DNA of 64,000 nucleotides from Vulcanimicrobiota bacterium (GTDB lineage: Bacteria > Vulcanimicrobiota > Vulcanimicrobiia > Vulcanimicrobiales > Vulcanimicrobiaceae). Position numbers and translations under genes: made by a program. Positions 20,551-29,519 of this stretch are shown here, piece by piece. The notes beneath the pieces were generated by a model. The model had not been told where the DNA came from and did no database searches. It saw only the letters and a program-made list of their open reading frames with translations. The stretch is from contig CAVZQC010000004.1 of assembly GCA_963777315.1 (NCBI GenBank), positions 192,001 through 256,000 on the forward strand, read 5' to 3'. Within the stretch, counting starts at the first letter, position 1; each line of letters starts with the position of its first letter.

Positions 20551-20580
20551 AAAAAAGGAGGGGCCGGCGTGGCCCCTCCT
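20551..20580 (-). terminator. Rho-independent terminator
   Basis: AGGAGGGGCC-ggcgt-GGCCCCTCCT stem with an adjacent A-run (U-tract on the minus strand), 22 nt past the stop of 20603..22090. Confidence 0.85.
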
Positions 20581-20602
20581 CGTTACACGAAGTTGTTCCC
20601 GT

Positions 20603-22090
20603 TTAGCTGTGGAAGGCGATCGCTTCCACGAGGCTGCTGACCTGCAGCGAGACCTTCCCGTTGCTTACGGAGTGCGTCGTTGTATTCTCGGCTCCGCGAT
20701 CTCCGAACGTCGTCACCGCGACCGACGTTACGGTGGAGGGTACGCTCAGCGTCAGGGTTTCCGTCGTTGGCGCGTAGTCCGTGAGCGTCGAATAGTTCCA
20801 TATCTGCGTCCCGAGCCACGGAACCAGTATGTAAGTGCCGTCAGACTTTTGGAAGAGTACTTGGTAAAGCGACTTGGTGGTGTCGCCGGTCAGCGCGTAG
20901 GCGACAGGCTTACGCGGCGAGGTCCCGGTGTCCGCGAAATAGGTCATCAACTGTCCAATCCGCGTCCAGACCAACTTCGGTTTGAAGTTGAGATCGAGCA
21001 AGCCGTACTGGTAGCATTGCCCGTTCGTGCCTTCATCGATCAGCTCGAACGGATACACGCGCACCCCCTTCTGGATGTGCAGCAGGAGGTCGCGGGGGAA
21101 GTAACGCTCTTGCGTCAGCTGATCTGCAGCGCCATTGTGGCATTTCCCGGCGCCGCCCGAGATATCGGTGTTCCAACCATCCGACTCGGTCCCGACGAGC
21201 GGTTCGTTGCCGACGAAGCTCTGACACCCCTTCACATAGTTGGGATAGTATTGGAGCATCGTGAACTCCGGCGTCTGGTAGGCGTTGACCTCATCGTGAA
21301 TCGCGCACGCGTTCGTGTAGCTGCCAATTTGCCCGTAGTTGAAATATGAATTCGAGCCCGCCATGGCGGGCGAGTAGATCTGCACGCTCGATGAACGCAA
21401 ATTCCAGATCAGGGGGCTCCACTTGGACACTACGTACTGCGTCGTCAGACCGGATTTAGGTCCGAGCCACGTGCAATCGACCCAGCCGACATCGCACTCG
21501 TTCGGCCCCTCGTAGGACTCGACGAGGTTGCTTGGAAGGCCCATCGCCGCGAGATAGCCGTCTAGACAGGTACCGTGGCACCCCGTTGTACTTGTGGTCC
21601 AGCCCATCCACGGATCGGTGATGGCATCGAACCGGATCCCGGCATTATAAAACGCTAGAACGCGGGTTTTCCAAGTCCCGGTGCAGTAGCCGCTCGCCGT
21701 TCCCCAGTTACACAGAAGGTCCCGAACATGCTTGATCTTTGAGCCGAGCAGGAGCGGCGCCCAGGTGTTGTAGTTTTGATCGTATTTTGTAAATTGCAGG
21801 TGCGTGTTGACGCCGACCGAGTCGTTGAAGGTTGAGGCTGCCAAGGGCGTGATGCATCCGCTCGCGCACGGCGTAGCGGTTGCTGCCGGCGTAGCGGCTC
21901 GGACTGTGCGGGTGGAGCTTTGTGTCGTGGTGGTGACGCTAGCGGCAGGCTGCCCGCTGTTGACGGTGCCGGACGCTTGATCGGGCAGCGGGCTGGGGTT
22001 TTCCGAACCGGCGCACGCCGATAAGGCAAGCGCCGCGCCTAAGATAAGAGGCAGAAGGGCAATGGAAAAGACACGTTTATTGTCGCGCAA
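20603..22090 (-). CDS. Secreted clan GH-A-like glycoside hydrolase, paralog 2 (lipoprotein)
   Basis: Lipobox LALSAC and a Ser/Thr linker. NDSVGVNTH, EGPNEC, GTESDGWNT and YQVLFQKSDGTYILVPWLG. Confidence 0.75.
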   Translation of the reverse strand: MRDNKRVFSIALLPLILGAALALSACAGSENPSPLPDQASGTVNSGQPAASVTTTTQSSTRTVRAATPAATATPCASGCITPLAASTFNDSVGVNTHLQFTKYDQNYNTWAPLLLGSKIKHVRDLLCNWGTASGYCTGTWKTRVLAFYNAGIRFDAITDPWMGWTTSTTGCHGTCLDGYLAAMGLPSNLVESYEGPNECDVGWVDCTWLGPKSGLTTQYVVSKWSPLIWNLRSSSVQIYSPAMAGSNSYFNYGQIGSYTNACAIHDEVNAYQTPEFTMLQYYPNYVKGCQSFVGNEPLVGTESDGWNTDISGGAGKCHNGAADQLTQERYFPRDLLLHIQKGVRVYPFELIDEGTNGQCYQYGLLDLNFKPKLVWTRIGQLMTYFADTGTSPRKPVAYALTGDTTKSLYQVLFQKSDGTYILVPWLGTQIWNYSTLTDYAPTTETLTLSVPSTVTSVAVTTFGDRGAENTTTHSVSNGKVSLQVSSLVEAIAFHS

Positions 22091-22404
22091 TGTGATGACC
22101 TCTCATGGATTACGACTCGGGCGAACACCACTAACTGCGCGGTGTCGGGTCGAGCTCTTTGGGCTTCCGTGCTGCCCTGCGGTTGCAGACGGTAAATTTG
22201 CGCTACTATTCAATAGCGCGCGCAGGCTCCGCGGTTGGCCTTTTTGCGGCTACGGGTACTAAGTCCTATTGCGGTCCGCGAAGTTAATATGATCCTCTCG
22301 TCGTTTGGTCTTCCTGTTAAGAATCGGTTGGGGGCCCGAGGCGCCTTTAGTTTGGCGACCGTTTCTTTACAAACCCTACACAAGCGATACCGGCCGGCTT
22401 GATG

Positions 22405-24153
22405 CTAGACATGGAAGGCGACGGCTTCAACTAAGCTGCTCACGGGCAGTGCGAATGCGCCATTGCGGCCGGACACGGAGATGACCGTCTGCGAGCCGCT
22501 GTCGCCAAACATCGTGACCTTTATGGAAGACACGCTTGCGGGCAGCGTCAGCGTCAGCGTTTCGGTCGCCGGCGCATAATCCGTGAGGGTTGTATAGTCC
22601 CAGAGCTGCGTTCCGAGCCAGGGCACCAAGATGTACGTCCCGTCCGATTTTTGAAAGAGCACTTGATACAGGCTTTTCGAGGTGTCGCCCGTGAGCGCGT
22701 AGGCGAGCGGTGTGCGCGGCGAGATTCCGTTGTCCGCAAAGTAGTTCATCAACTGGCCGATTCGCGTCCAGACGAGTTTGGGCTGAGAGTTTAAATCGAG
22801 CAGGCCGTACTGATGGCAGTTTCCGTCCGCAGAATCGTCCAGCAGCTCGTACGGATAGACGCGCACGCCGTGCTGAATGTGCAGCAGCAGATCGCGCGGG
22901 AAATAGCGCTCTTGCGTGAGCTGATCGACCGCGCCGTTGCTGCATTTACCGCCGCCGCCGGATATGTCGGTATTCCAGCCGTCCGATTCTGTGCCGGCGA
23001 GGCCTTCGTTGCCGACCAGATGCGCACAGCCCGCCACGTACGCCGGATAATACTGCGTCATGGTGTACTCGGGCGTCTGGAAGCCGTTCACTTCATCGTG
23101 AACCGCGCACGCATCGGTATCGTTCCCGATGTAGGTGTAATTATTGTACGAGGCCGATCCCGCCATGGCGGGGCTGTACACGCGAACGGACGACGAGCGC
23201 AGCGTCGCGACGTACGGCATCCATGCCTGAAAGACGCTATCGACGCCGGCTGTCGTCGAGGGGTAGACCGTGTTGCCGACGGTGTTGCAGGTGTTATTCG
23301 CATACTCGTCATCGCACTCGTTCGGGCCTTCGTACGCTTCCACTGAATCGCTCGGCAGACCGAGCGCCGGGAGATAGCCGCCGGTGCAGGTGCCGTGGCA
23401 GCCGGTGCTGGCCGCCGTCCAGCCCATCCACGGATTCGTGATGAGATCGAAGCGAATTCCGGCGTTGTAGAAGGCTTCGTAGCGCTGCGTAAACGCGCCG
23501 GTGCAAAACGTGCTCTGCGTTCCCCACGGACAAAACGTGTCACGCACATGTTTGATCCGTGAATTGAGCAGCAACGGCGCCCAGTTCGCGTAATTCAGAT
23601 CGTAGCGCGAGCCTTGGAACGCGAGGTGCGTATTGACGCCGATCGAGTCGTTGAAGGTCGCGGCTGCGAAGGGCGTAACGCACCCGCTTACGCACGGCGG
23701 ATCGATAGGCGCTGCGGTGGGCGTTGCGGTGGGCGTAACGGTCGGCGTAACGGTCGGCGTAGCGGTGGGCGTAACGGTCGGCGTAGCGGTGGGCGTAACG
23801 GTCGGCGTTGCGGTGGGCCTAACGGTAGGCGTCGCGCTGGGCGCTGCGGTCGGCGTTGTAGAGGGCGTAACGGATGGTGCAACGCTCGGCCTGGGTGAGG
23901 GAGTCGCCGTCGTTGCCGACGATGCTTGCGGACTTGGCGTAGTCGTCGGCGCGGGCACCGAACTTGGCGCAGTCGTCGGTGCCGGTGCGGAGCTTGCCGC
24001 CGTCGTTGGTTTCGGACTCGCTGTCGCTTGCGGCTGCTGTTTACCGTTCGTATCTGCCGGGATCAGTTGCGTACCGGCGCCGGACCCTCCGCATGCCGAC
24101 AGCGCAACGAGCGCCATAAGCATTGCCACGGTGGATTTTATGGTACATTTCAT
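22405..24153 (-). CDS. Secreted clan GH-A-like glycoside hydrolase, paralog 3 (lipoprotein with long Pro/Thr linker)
   Basis: Lipobox VALSAC and a linker of more than 100 PT-rich residues. Same catalytic-domain motifs as paralogs 1 and 2. Confidence 0.75.
   Translation of the reverse strand: MKCTIKSTVAMLMALVALSACGGSGAGTQLIPADTNGKQQPQATASPKPTTAASSAPAPTTAPSSVPAPTTTPSPQASSATTATPSPRPSVAPSVTPSTTPTAAPSATPTVRPTATPTVTPTATPTVTPTATPTVTPTVTPTATPTAAPIDPPCVSGCVTPFAAATFNDSIGVNTHLAFQGSRYDLNYANWAPLLLNSRIKHVRDTFCPWGTQSTFCTGAFTQRYEAFYNAGIRFDLITNPWMGWTAASTGCHGTCTGGYLPALGLPSDSVEAYEGPNECDDEYANNTCNTVGNTVYPSTTAGVDSVFQAWMPYVATLRSSSVRVYSPAMAGSASYNNYTYIGNDTDACAVHDEVNGFQTPEYTMTQYYPAYVAGCAHLVGNEGLAGTESDGWNTDISGGGGKCSNGAVDQLTQERYFPRDLLLHIQHGVRVYPYELLDDSADGNCHQYGLLDLNSQPKLVWTRIGQLMNYFADNGISPRTPLAYALTGDTSKSLYQVLFQKSDGTYILVPWLGTQLWDYTTLTDYAPATETLTLTLPASVSSIKVTMFGDSGSQTVISVSGRNGAFALPVSSLVEAVAFHV
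23711..23830. repeat. Coding 12-nt tandem repeat (P-T-A/V-T units)
   Basis: About 10 units such as GGCGTAACGGTC, GGCGTAGCGGTG and GGCGTTGCGGTG. Confidence 0.9.
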
Positions 24154-24283
24154 TCCGGAGCAAAGCCTTGTTCACAGGCGCAGCCGCCGCATTATCGGCG
24201 CACAGGTATATTCGGCAAACGCGCACGGGAATTAAGCGGCGCTCCGCGCCGGCAATGTAGACTTGTCAGTAAGGAAATTCGCT

Positions 24284-25087
24284 ATGGCATCGATTGCCCA
24301 CGACTTCAGCATGCGGCCGGAGACGGTTGCTATGTCCGCCGATGAGGGCTTCAGGTACCTCTTCCCGCCCGAGAAGGCGATCTTGGACGAGCTGGTCGGT
24401 AGTGGGCTGGGCGAAATGTCGATGCTCGACCTCGGTGTGGGCGCCGGAAGAACCACCGCCCATTTTCAGCCCCTCGTCCGCCGTTACGTTGGTTTGGATT
24501 ATTCGCCGCCGATGCTGGAGGCGTGTGCCCGGAGGTTTCCGGACGGGATTCCGAACGGGCGCTTCGTCTTAGGCGATGCGCGCGATCTCCAAGCATTTGA
24601 GCCTGCTTCTTTTGATTTCGTCCTGTTCAGCTACAACGGTCTGGATTCGGTTGACGTATCTGACCGCGAAGTCGCCCTGCGCGAGGTCAGGAAAGTTCTA
24701 AAAGATGACGGGCGGTTTTGCTTTTCGACTCACAACATCGACTGGCGCGGACTGATGTCGTGGTCCGGTGTTCGGAATATTGCGGCGCAAATACGAAGGC
24801 CGAAGGCGCTCATCCCCGCTTGCATCAGGCAATATACCATGCGGCGCGAGAATCGGACGTGGAGCCTAAAGCGGCGAATCAATGAGATCAGGAGCCGCGG
24901 ATCCGGCATTTTCTTTGAGGGTGCGGTGCACCAGCACTATACGACCCACGAGCATCAGCTTGCTCAGCTAAGGCGTTGCGGCTTCGATCGGATCCGGGCG
25001 TTCTCCGGAAACGGCATAGAAACGAATGCCGCCGCCGAACTGAACACCGGTTTCCAGATCTATTATTTGGCGCGGGCCGCCGACTGA
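24284..25087 (+). CDS. Class I SAM-dependent methyltransferase
   Basis: MLDLGVGAGRTT, YVGLDYSPPML, GDARDL and FDFVLFSYNGLD. Start uncertain (24263 TTG or 24284 ATG). Confidence 0.9.
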   Translation: MASIAHDFSMRPETVAMSADEGFRYLFPPEKAILDELVGSGLGEMSMLDLGVGAGRTTAHFQPLVRRYVGLDYSPPMLEACARRFPDGIPNGRFVLGDARDLQAFEPASFDFVLFSYNGLDSVDVSDREVALREVRKVLKDDGRFCFSTHNIDWRGLMSWSGVRNIAAQIRRPKALIPACIRQYTMRRENRTWSLKRRINEIRSRGSGIFFEGAVHQHYTTHEHQLAQLRRCGFDRIRAFSGNGIETNAAAELNTGFQIYYLARAAD

Positions 25088-25108
25088 CGCAAATCGCCTG
25101 CTCGCTCT

Positions 25109-25154
25109 ATCCCTATCTCTTGGGATGGACCGCCGGGTACAGGCTCGGTAAGCT
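25109..25154 (+). promoter_or_regulatory. Island operator plus -10 for the NRPS-P450-GNAT operon
   Basis: ATCCCT-ATCTCT-TGGGAT (25109-25126). TAAGCT at 25149-25154, gap 22 nt. Confidence 0.72.
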
Positions 25155-25295
25155 CAAGCCGTACGGACGTTCGGGCGTAACACGCATCTGGTCGATGGCA
25201 CGTATGTGCTCCTACCGGCTGCCGCTTCCTACGAACGAGTTCTCGTATTGCTGCCGTCGTCGTTTACGGCAGCCGGCTACAGTAAAGGGTGGAAT

Positions 25296-27125
25296 GTGGG
25301 CACGTTCGTTTTGCAAGGCAAACGATTGCCGGAGCAAAATATCTTCAAAATCGAAAACCGCTCGAATGCGGTTTCTCGTAGAATTTCGCGGTGCGCTGCG
25401 GGAGCGCCCGAACGTATTGCAGTCGCCGACGGAACCGCGCAGCTCACCTATCGTGAGCTCGAGCGCCGCTCCGACTACTTGGCCGCGCGCCTTCAAGAAG
25501 CGGGCGCGGCGCCGAATCGCTGCGTCGGAGTCTATGTAGAACGCTCGGCAGATTTTATCGTCGCCGCACTCGCCGTGCTAAAAAGCGGCGCTGCCTATGT
25601 TCCGCTCGACCTTTCCACGCCCCCAGAACGAGCGGCATTCATTTTAGAGGACGCCGGCGCTTTCGCGCTTATCACCCAGCCGGGCACGCCGAGTCCGGCT
25701 TCAGGCCGGCGGCATGTGATCGAGATGGACGATTGGAGCGCGACATCTCGCAGCGCCTTTGCAAAGGTTGAGCTCGACGCCGCAAACTTAGCGTACGTTA
25801 TCTACACATCGGGCTCGACGGGCAAACCCAAAGGCGTTGAGATAACCCATGGCAATCTTTCGAATTTGGTGAATTGGCATCAGTCCGAATTCCGCGTCAC
25901 GTCGTCAGACCGCGCGAGCCAGGTCGCGGGCCTTGGGTTCGATGCGTCGGTTTGGGAGATCTGGCCCTACCTGACGGCCGGTGCGAGCGTGTGCGTCGCG
26001 GACGAATTGACCCGCCGCTCGCCCGAGGCACTTCGTGACTGGATGGTCGCGGAGAAGATCACGATCGGTTTCGTGCCGACGATTGTAGCCGAGCAGCTGC
26101 TCCACATTGACTGGCCCGACGAGACGAGCCTTAGCATTCTGCTGACCGGGGGCGATACGTTGCACGCTCGCCCGGCACCAAAGTCGCCGTTCCGCGTGGT
26201 AAACAATTATGGCCCAACGGAATGCACGGTGGTGGCAACGTCAGGCGCCGTGTCTTCGCACGGCGACGATGGCGCACCGCCGTCCATCGGCCGTCCCATC
26301 GCCAATGCGACGGCGCTGATCCTTGACGAAGCATTGCGTCCGGTCGCGGCAGGCGAAGTGGGAGAACTGTGCATCGGCGGCGCGCTCGTTGGCCGGGGAT
26401 ATCGTAATCTGCCCGAACTGACGGCAAGCCGATTTGTGGACTATCTATCTGCGTCCGCGGATCCGCTGCGCATCTATCGAACCGGCGACCGCGCGCGATT
26501 GCTGCAAAACGGAGAAATCGAATTCCTCGGTCGTCTCGACGATCAGGTGAAGATTCGCGGGCACCGCATTGAGTTAGGAGAAATTGCCGCGCACCTGGAT
26601 CGTTGTCCCGGAATCGAATGGAGCGCCGTTTCGGTGAAGGATCTCGGCGCTCGAGGGCTTTCGCTTGTCGCTTACATCGTTTTAGTCGACAAGGCAACCC
26701 TTGCCGCCGCCGGCGTACGCCAATTTCTTGCAACCTATCTCCCGGATTACATGGTGCCCGAGTTTTTCGTGGTAATGTCGGAGCTGCCTGTGACGGCGAG
26801 CGGAAAGCTGGATAGATCTGCTCTTCCGGAGCCCTGCGTGGATAATCTCTTGCCGTATGATCTCGCGGCCGACGGTACGGCTAATGCGGGCGGCAGTGAA
26901 CTGCAATGCCAGATAGCGGCATTGGTCGCAACACTGTTGCGCCGGCCGGCGATTGACGTCGACGAAAATTTCTTCATGATAGGTGGCCATTCGATGCTCG
27001 GCGTGCAACTGATCGCCCAAATTCGCGATAAGTTCGGCGTCAAAGTCACGCTGCGGCAGCTGTTCACCGCACCGACGATCGCCGCCTTGTCGCAGGAAGT
27101 TGCAAGGCTGAAACAGCCGGCGTAA
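25296..27125 (+). CDS. Stand-alone NRPS adenylation-PCP didomain, predicted to activate leucine
   Basis: Core motifs LTYREL, AYVIYTSGSTGKPKG, FDASVWE, NNYGPTE, GELCIGG, YRTGD, GRLDDQVKIRGHRIELGEI and SGKLDR. PCP motif FFMIGGHS. No C or TE domain. Start uncertain (ORF open from 25206; GTG 25296 follows an RBS-like AAGGGTGGA). Confidence 0.95.
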   Translation: MGTFVLQGKRLPEQNIFKIENRSNAVSRRISRCAAGAPERIAVADGTAQLTYRELERRSDYLAARLQEAGAAPNRCVGVYVERSADFIVAALAVLKSGAAYVPLDLSTPPERAAFILEDAGAFALITQPGTPSPASGRRHVIEMDDWSATSRSAFAKVELDAANLAYVIYTSGSTGKPKGVEITHGNLSNLVNWHQSEFRVTSSDRASQVAGLGFDASVWEIWPYLTAGASVCVADELTRRSPEALRDWMVAEKITIGFVPTIVAEQLLHIDWPDETSLSILLTGGDTLHARPAPKSPFRVVNNYGPTECTVVATSGAVSSHGDDGAPPSIGRPIANATALILDEALRPVAAGEVGELCIGGALVGRGYRNLPELTASRFVDYLSASADPLRIYRTGDRARLLQNGEIEFLGRLDDQVKIRGHRIELGEIAAHLDRCPGIEWSAVSVKDLGARGLSLVAYIVLVDKATLAAAGVRQFLATYLPDYMVPEFFVVMSELPVTASGKLDRSALPEPCVDNLLPYDLAADGTANAGGSELQCQIAALVATLLRRPAIDVDENFFMIGGHSMLGVQLIAQIRDKFGVKVTLRQLFTAPTIAALSQEVARLKQPA

Positions 27126-27138
27126 TGCAATCGTACCG

Positions 27139-28377
27139 ATGATCGATAGCGCGGCTCAAGTCCCCTTAAGTCTCTACCACTTACTCGATCCGCAGGTGCT
27201 GGCGAACCCGTATCCGCTCTATCGCCGCCTTCGTACCGAAGATCCCGTTCATTGGGATCCCTACCTCCATGCTTGGATCGTCACGCGATATCAGGACGTC
27301 ATTACGGTCCTGACTCGGTTTTCCGCCGATCGCACGCCTTCCCCGGAATATTTCGAGCGGCTGGGTGCCCCCGAAGTGAGCCCGATAGCGACGGTGATGG
27401 TCAAGCAGATGCTGTTTATGGATGCGCCGGCACACACGCGCCTGCGCACGCTTGCGGCGCCCGCCTTCATGCCGGCGCGCGTACACGTGCTGCGCGATCA
27501 CGTCCGGCAGATCGCGAGCAATCTCATCGACGACATCGTGGCACGCGGCTCCGGCAAAATGGACCTTTTGGCCGACTTCGCCGAGCCGTTTCCCGCGATC
27601 GTGACGGCCGAGTTGCTGGGCGTGCCCGTGGAAGATCACGTCCGGCTGAAAGACTGGTCGGGGACGTTCGCCGGAATGCTTGGAAACTTTCAGCACAATC
27701 CCGAACGGCTCGGGGACGTGCTGCAGGCTGCCCAAAACTTGACCGCATACTTTCAAAACGCGATCCTCGAACAACGCAAGAACCCAAGGCCGGGATTGGT
27801 CGACTCGCTGATGACCAGCGAAGTCGACGGCGATCGCCTGACCGACGAAGAGGTCGTTGCAAACTGCATCGTCACGATGGTCGGCGGCCAGGAAACGACG
27901 ACGAATCTGATCGGCAACGGCATGCTCACGCTGTTGCGTAATCCGCAAGCCTTGGCGCGCCTTCGCAGCGAGAACGAGATCGTGCCCGCGGCGGTCGAAG
28001 AACTGCTGCGCTATGAAAGCCCCAGCCAGCACACCGCCCGTTTAGCGCCGCGTGACGTAGTGCTCGGCGGAAAGCAGATTCGCAAAAGGGACGCGGTGAT
28101 CGCGGTGATGGCCGCGGGCAACCGCGATCCGGAGCGATTCCCGCAGCCCGACCGCCTCGACTTCGATCGATCGGACAATCGACACCTCGCGTTCGGATGG
28201 GCGGCACATTTCTGTTTCGGCGCGCCGTTGGCTCGGCTCGAGGGACATATTGCGTTTGAAACGCTCTTGCAGCGATTTCCGGTGCTGCGGCTCACAAACG
28301 AGAACCTTGCGTGGCGTGAAAACCTCGGACTGCGCGGTCTGAGATCGCTGCCGCTTTCGTACGAAGCCAAGCCATGA
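27139..28377 (+). CDS. Cytochrome P450
   Basis: DAPAHTRLR, I-helix VGGQETT, the EELLR (ExxR) motif and heme motif HLAFGWAAHFCFG. Confidence 0.97.
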   Translation: MIDSAAQVPLSLYHLLDPQVLANPYPLYRRLRTEDPVHWDPYLHAWIVTRYQDVITVLTRFSADRTPSPEYFERLGAPEVSPIATVMVKQMLFMDAPAHTRLRTLAAPAFMPARVHVLRDHVRQIASNLIDDIVARGSGKMDLLADFAEPFPAIVTAELLGVPVEDHVRLKDWSGTFAGMLGNFQHNPERLGDVLQAAQNLTAYFQNAILEQRKNPRPGLVDSLMTSEVDGDRLTDEEVVANCIVTMVGGQETTTNLIGNGMLTLLRNPQALARLRSENEIVPAAVEELLRYESPSQHTARLAPRDVVLGGKQIRKRDAVIAVMAAGNRDPERFPQPDRLDFDRSDNRHLAFGWAAHFCFGAPLARLEGHIAFETLLQRFPVLRLTNENLAWRENLGLRGLRSLPLSYEAKP

Positions 28378-29519
28378 GCTTTCAGGTCAAAAATATGCCG
28401 CCGGCCGGGGCTGCGGCTCTTGCGCCGCCCAAGCTTCGGCCGGCCCGTTTCGACGATTACGAAGGCATCCGCAGGTTGGTCTTGGAGCACTCTACCGAAT
28501 TCGCGGCCGCCGAAGACTGGCGCCATTACTGGGCCGACAATCCCGTCTACCAACGTCTCGGCAGTGGGACGCCCATCGGCTGGGTGTTGCACACGCAAGC
28601 CGGCGGCATCGTCGGCACGCTCGGCAGCATCCCGTCACTGTATACGTTCCGCGGTCAGGACCTGATCGCGGCGACGGGGCAGTCGTGGTATGTCGCGGCT
28701 CCATACCGTGGGCTGGCGCTCGAGCTGATGGCCGAGTATTTCGATCAGCCCGTCGATTTGTTTATCGGCTCCACGGCGGGTTCGATGGCGAGTGCGACGT
28801 GCAGCGAGCTCTATGCGCGGATCCCATTGGGTCAGTGGGACACGAAGTCATATTGCGTAACGCGATATCGCTCGTTTGCCGCGCGAGCGCTGGACAAGCT
28901 GCACGTGCCGCTCGCGGGTTTACTCTCGCATCCCGCGGGTGCCGGACTTTGGCTCAAGGATGCTATCCGCAGGAAACCGGTCTGTGCCGTCCCACGTTCC
29001 TTCGCCATCGACGCCATGGATCGGTTCGACGCGCGTTTCGATGATTTCTGGGGTGAGCTCGTGCGGCAAAATCCGGAGAAATTGCTTGCAGAGCGGTCTC
29101 TTGCGGCGCTTGCGTGGCATTTTGGCCCAGCCATTCGCAATGGTCTGTTATGGATTTTTACCGCATCGAAAAATAAACGGATGCGAGGTTACTGCATCGT
29201 GCGGCGGCGAGAATATTCGACGCCCGGGGTTCGGCGCATGCGCCTAGTGGATTATCAGAGCATCGAACCGGAAGTGGACCTTTTACCGTGCCTGCTTGAT
29301 GCGGCGGTGCGGCGCTGCACCGCAGAAGATATTTATGTCCTAGAAAACATCGGCGTGGGCATGCCCAAAATGCGCGCTTTTGACGACTATGCCCCGTACC
29401 GCGTACGGTCGGATAGCTGGCCCTTCTTTTACCGCGCGGCCGATCCGGCGCTCCACGCAGAGCTGCTTCAGCCCCGTTTTTGGGACCCGTCGTCCTTCGA
29501 TGGTGATGCGAGTTTGTGA
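28374..29519 (+). CDS. Uncharacterised protein with a probable tandem GNAT fold, paralog A
   Basis: LRPARFDDYEGI at the start and WYVAAPYRGLA (motif A-like). Translationally coupled to the P450 (ATGA). Confidence 0.6.
   Translation: MSFQVKNMPPAGAAALAPPKLRPARFDDYEGIRRLVLEHSTEFAAAEDWRHYWADNPVYQRLGSGTPIGWVLHTQAGGIVGTLGSIPSLYTFRGQDLIAATGQSWYVAAPYRGLALELMAEYFDQPVDLFIGSTAGSMASATCSELYARIPLGQWDTKSYCVTRYRSFAARALDKLHVPLAGLLSHPAGAGLWLKDAIRRKPVCAVPRSFAIDAMDRFDARFDDFWGELVRQNPEKLLAERSLAALAWHFGPAIRNGLLWIFTASKNKRMRGYCIVRRREYSTPGVRRMRLVDYQSIEPEVDLLPCLLDAAVRRCTAEDIYVLENIGVGMPKMRAFDDYAPYRVRSDSWPFFYRAADPALHAELLQPRFWDPSSFDGDASL

Noticed and set aside
22091..22404. c-di-GMP or c-di-AMP riboswitch upstream of the EPS-associated gene
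   Set aside because: I could not identify the consensus elements by eye on either strand. Kept only as a low-interest leader.
23711..23830. Repeat array considered as a CRISPR or iteron array
   Set aside because: No spacers and no cas genes. It is an in-frame 12-nt coding repeat for a Pro/Thr linker.
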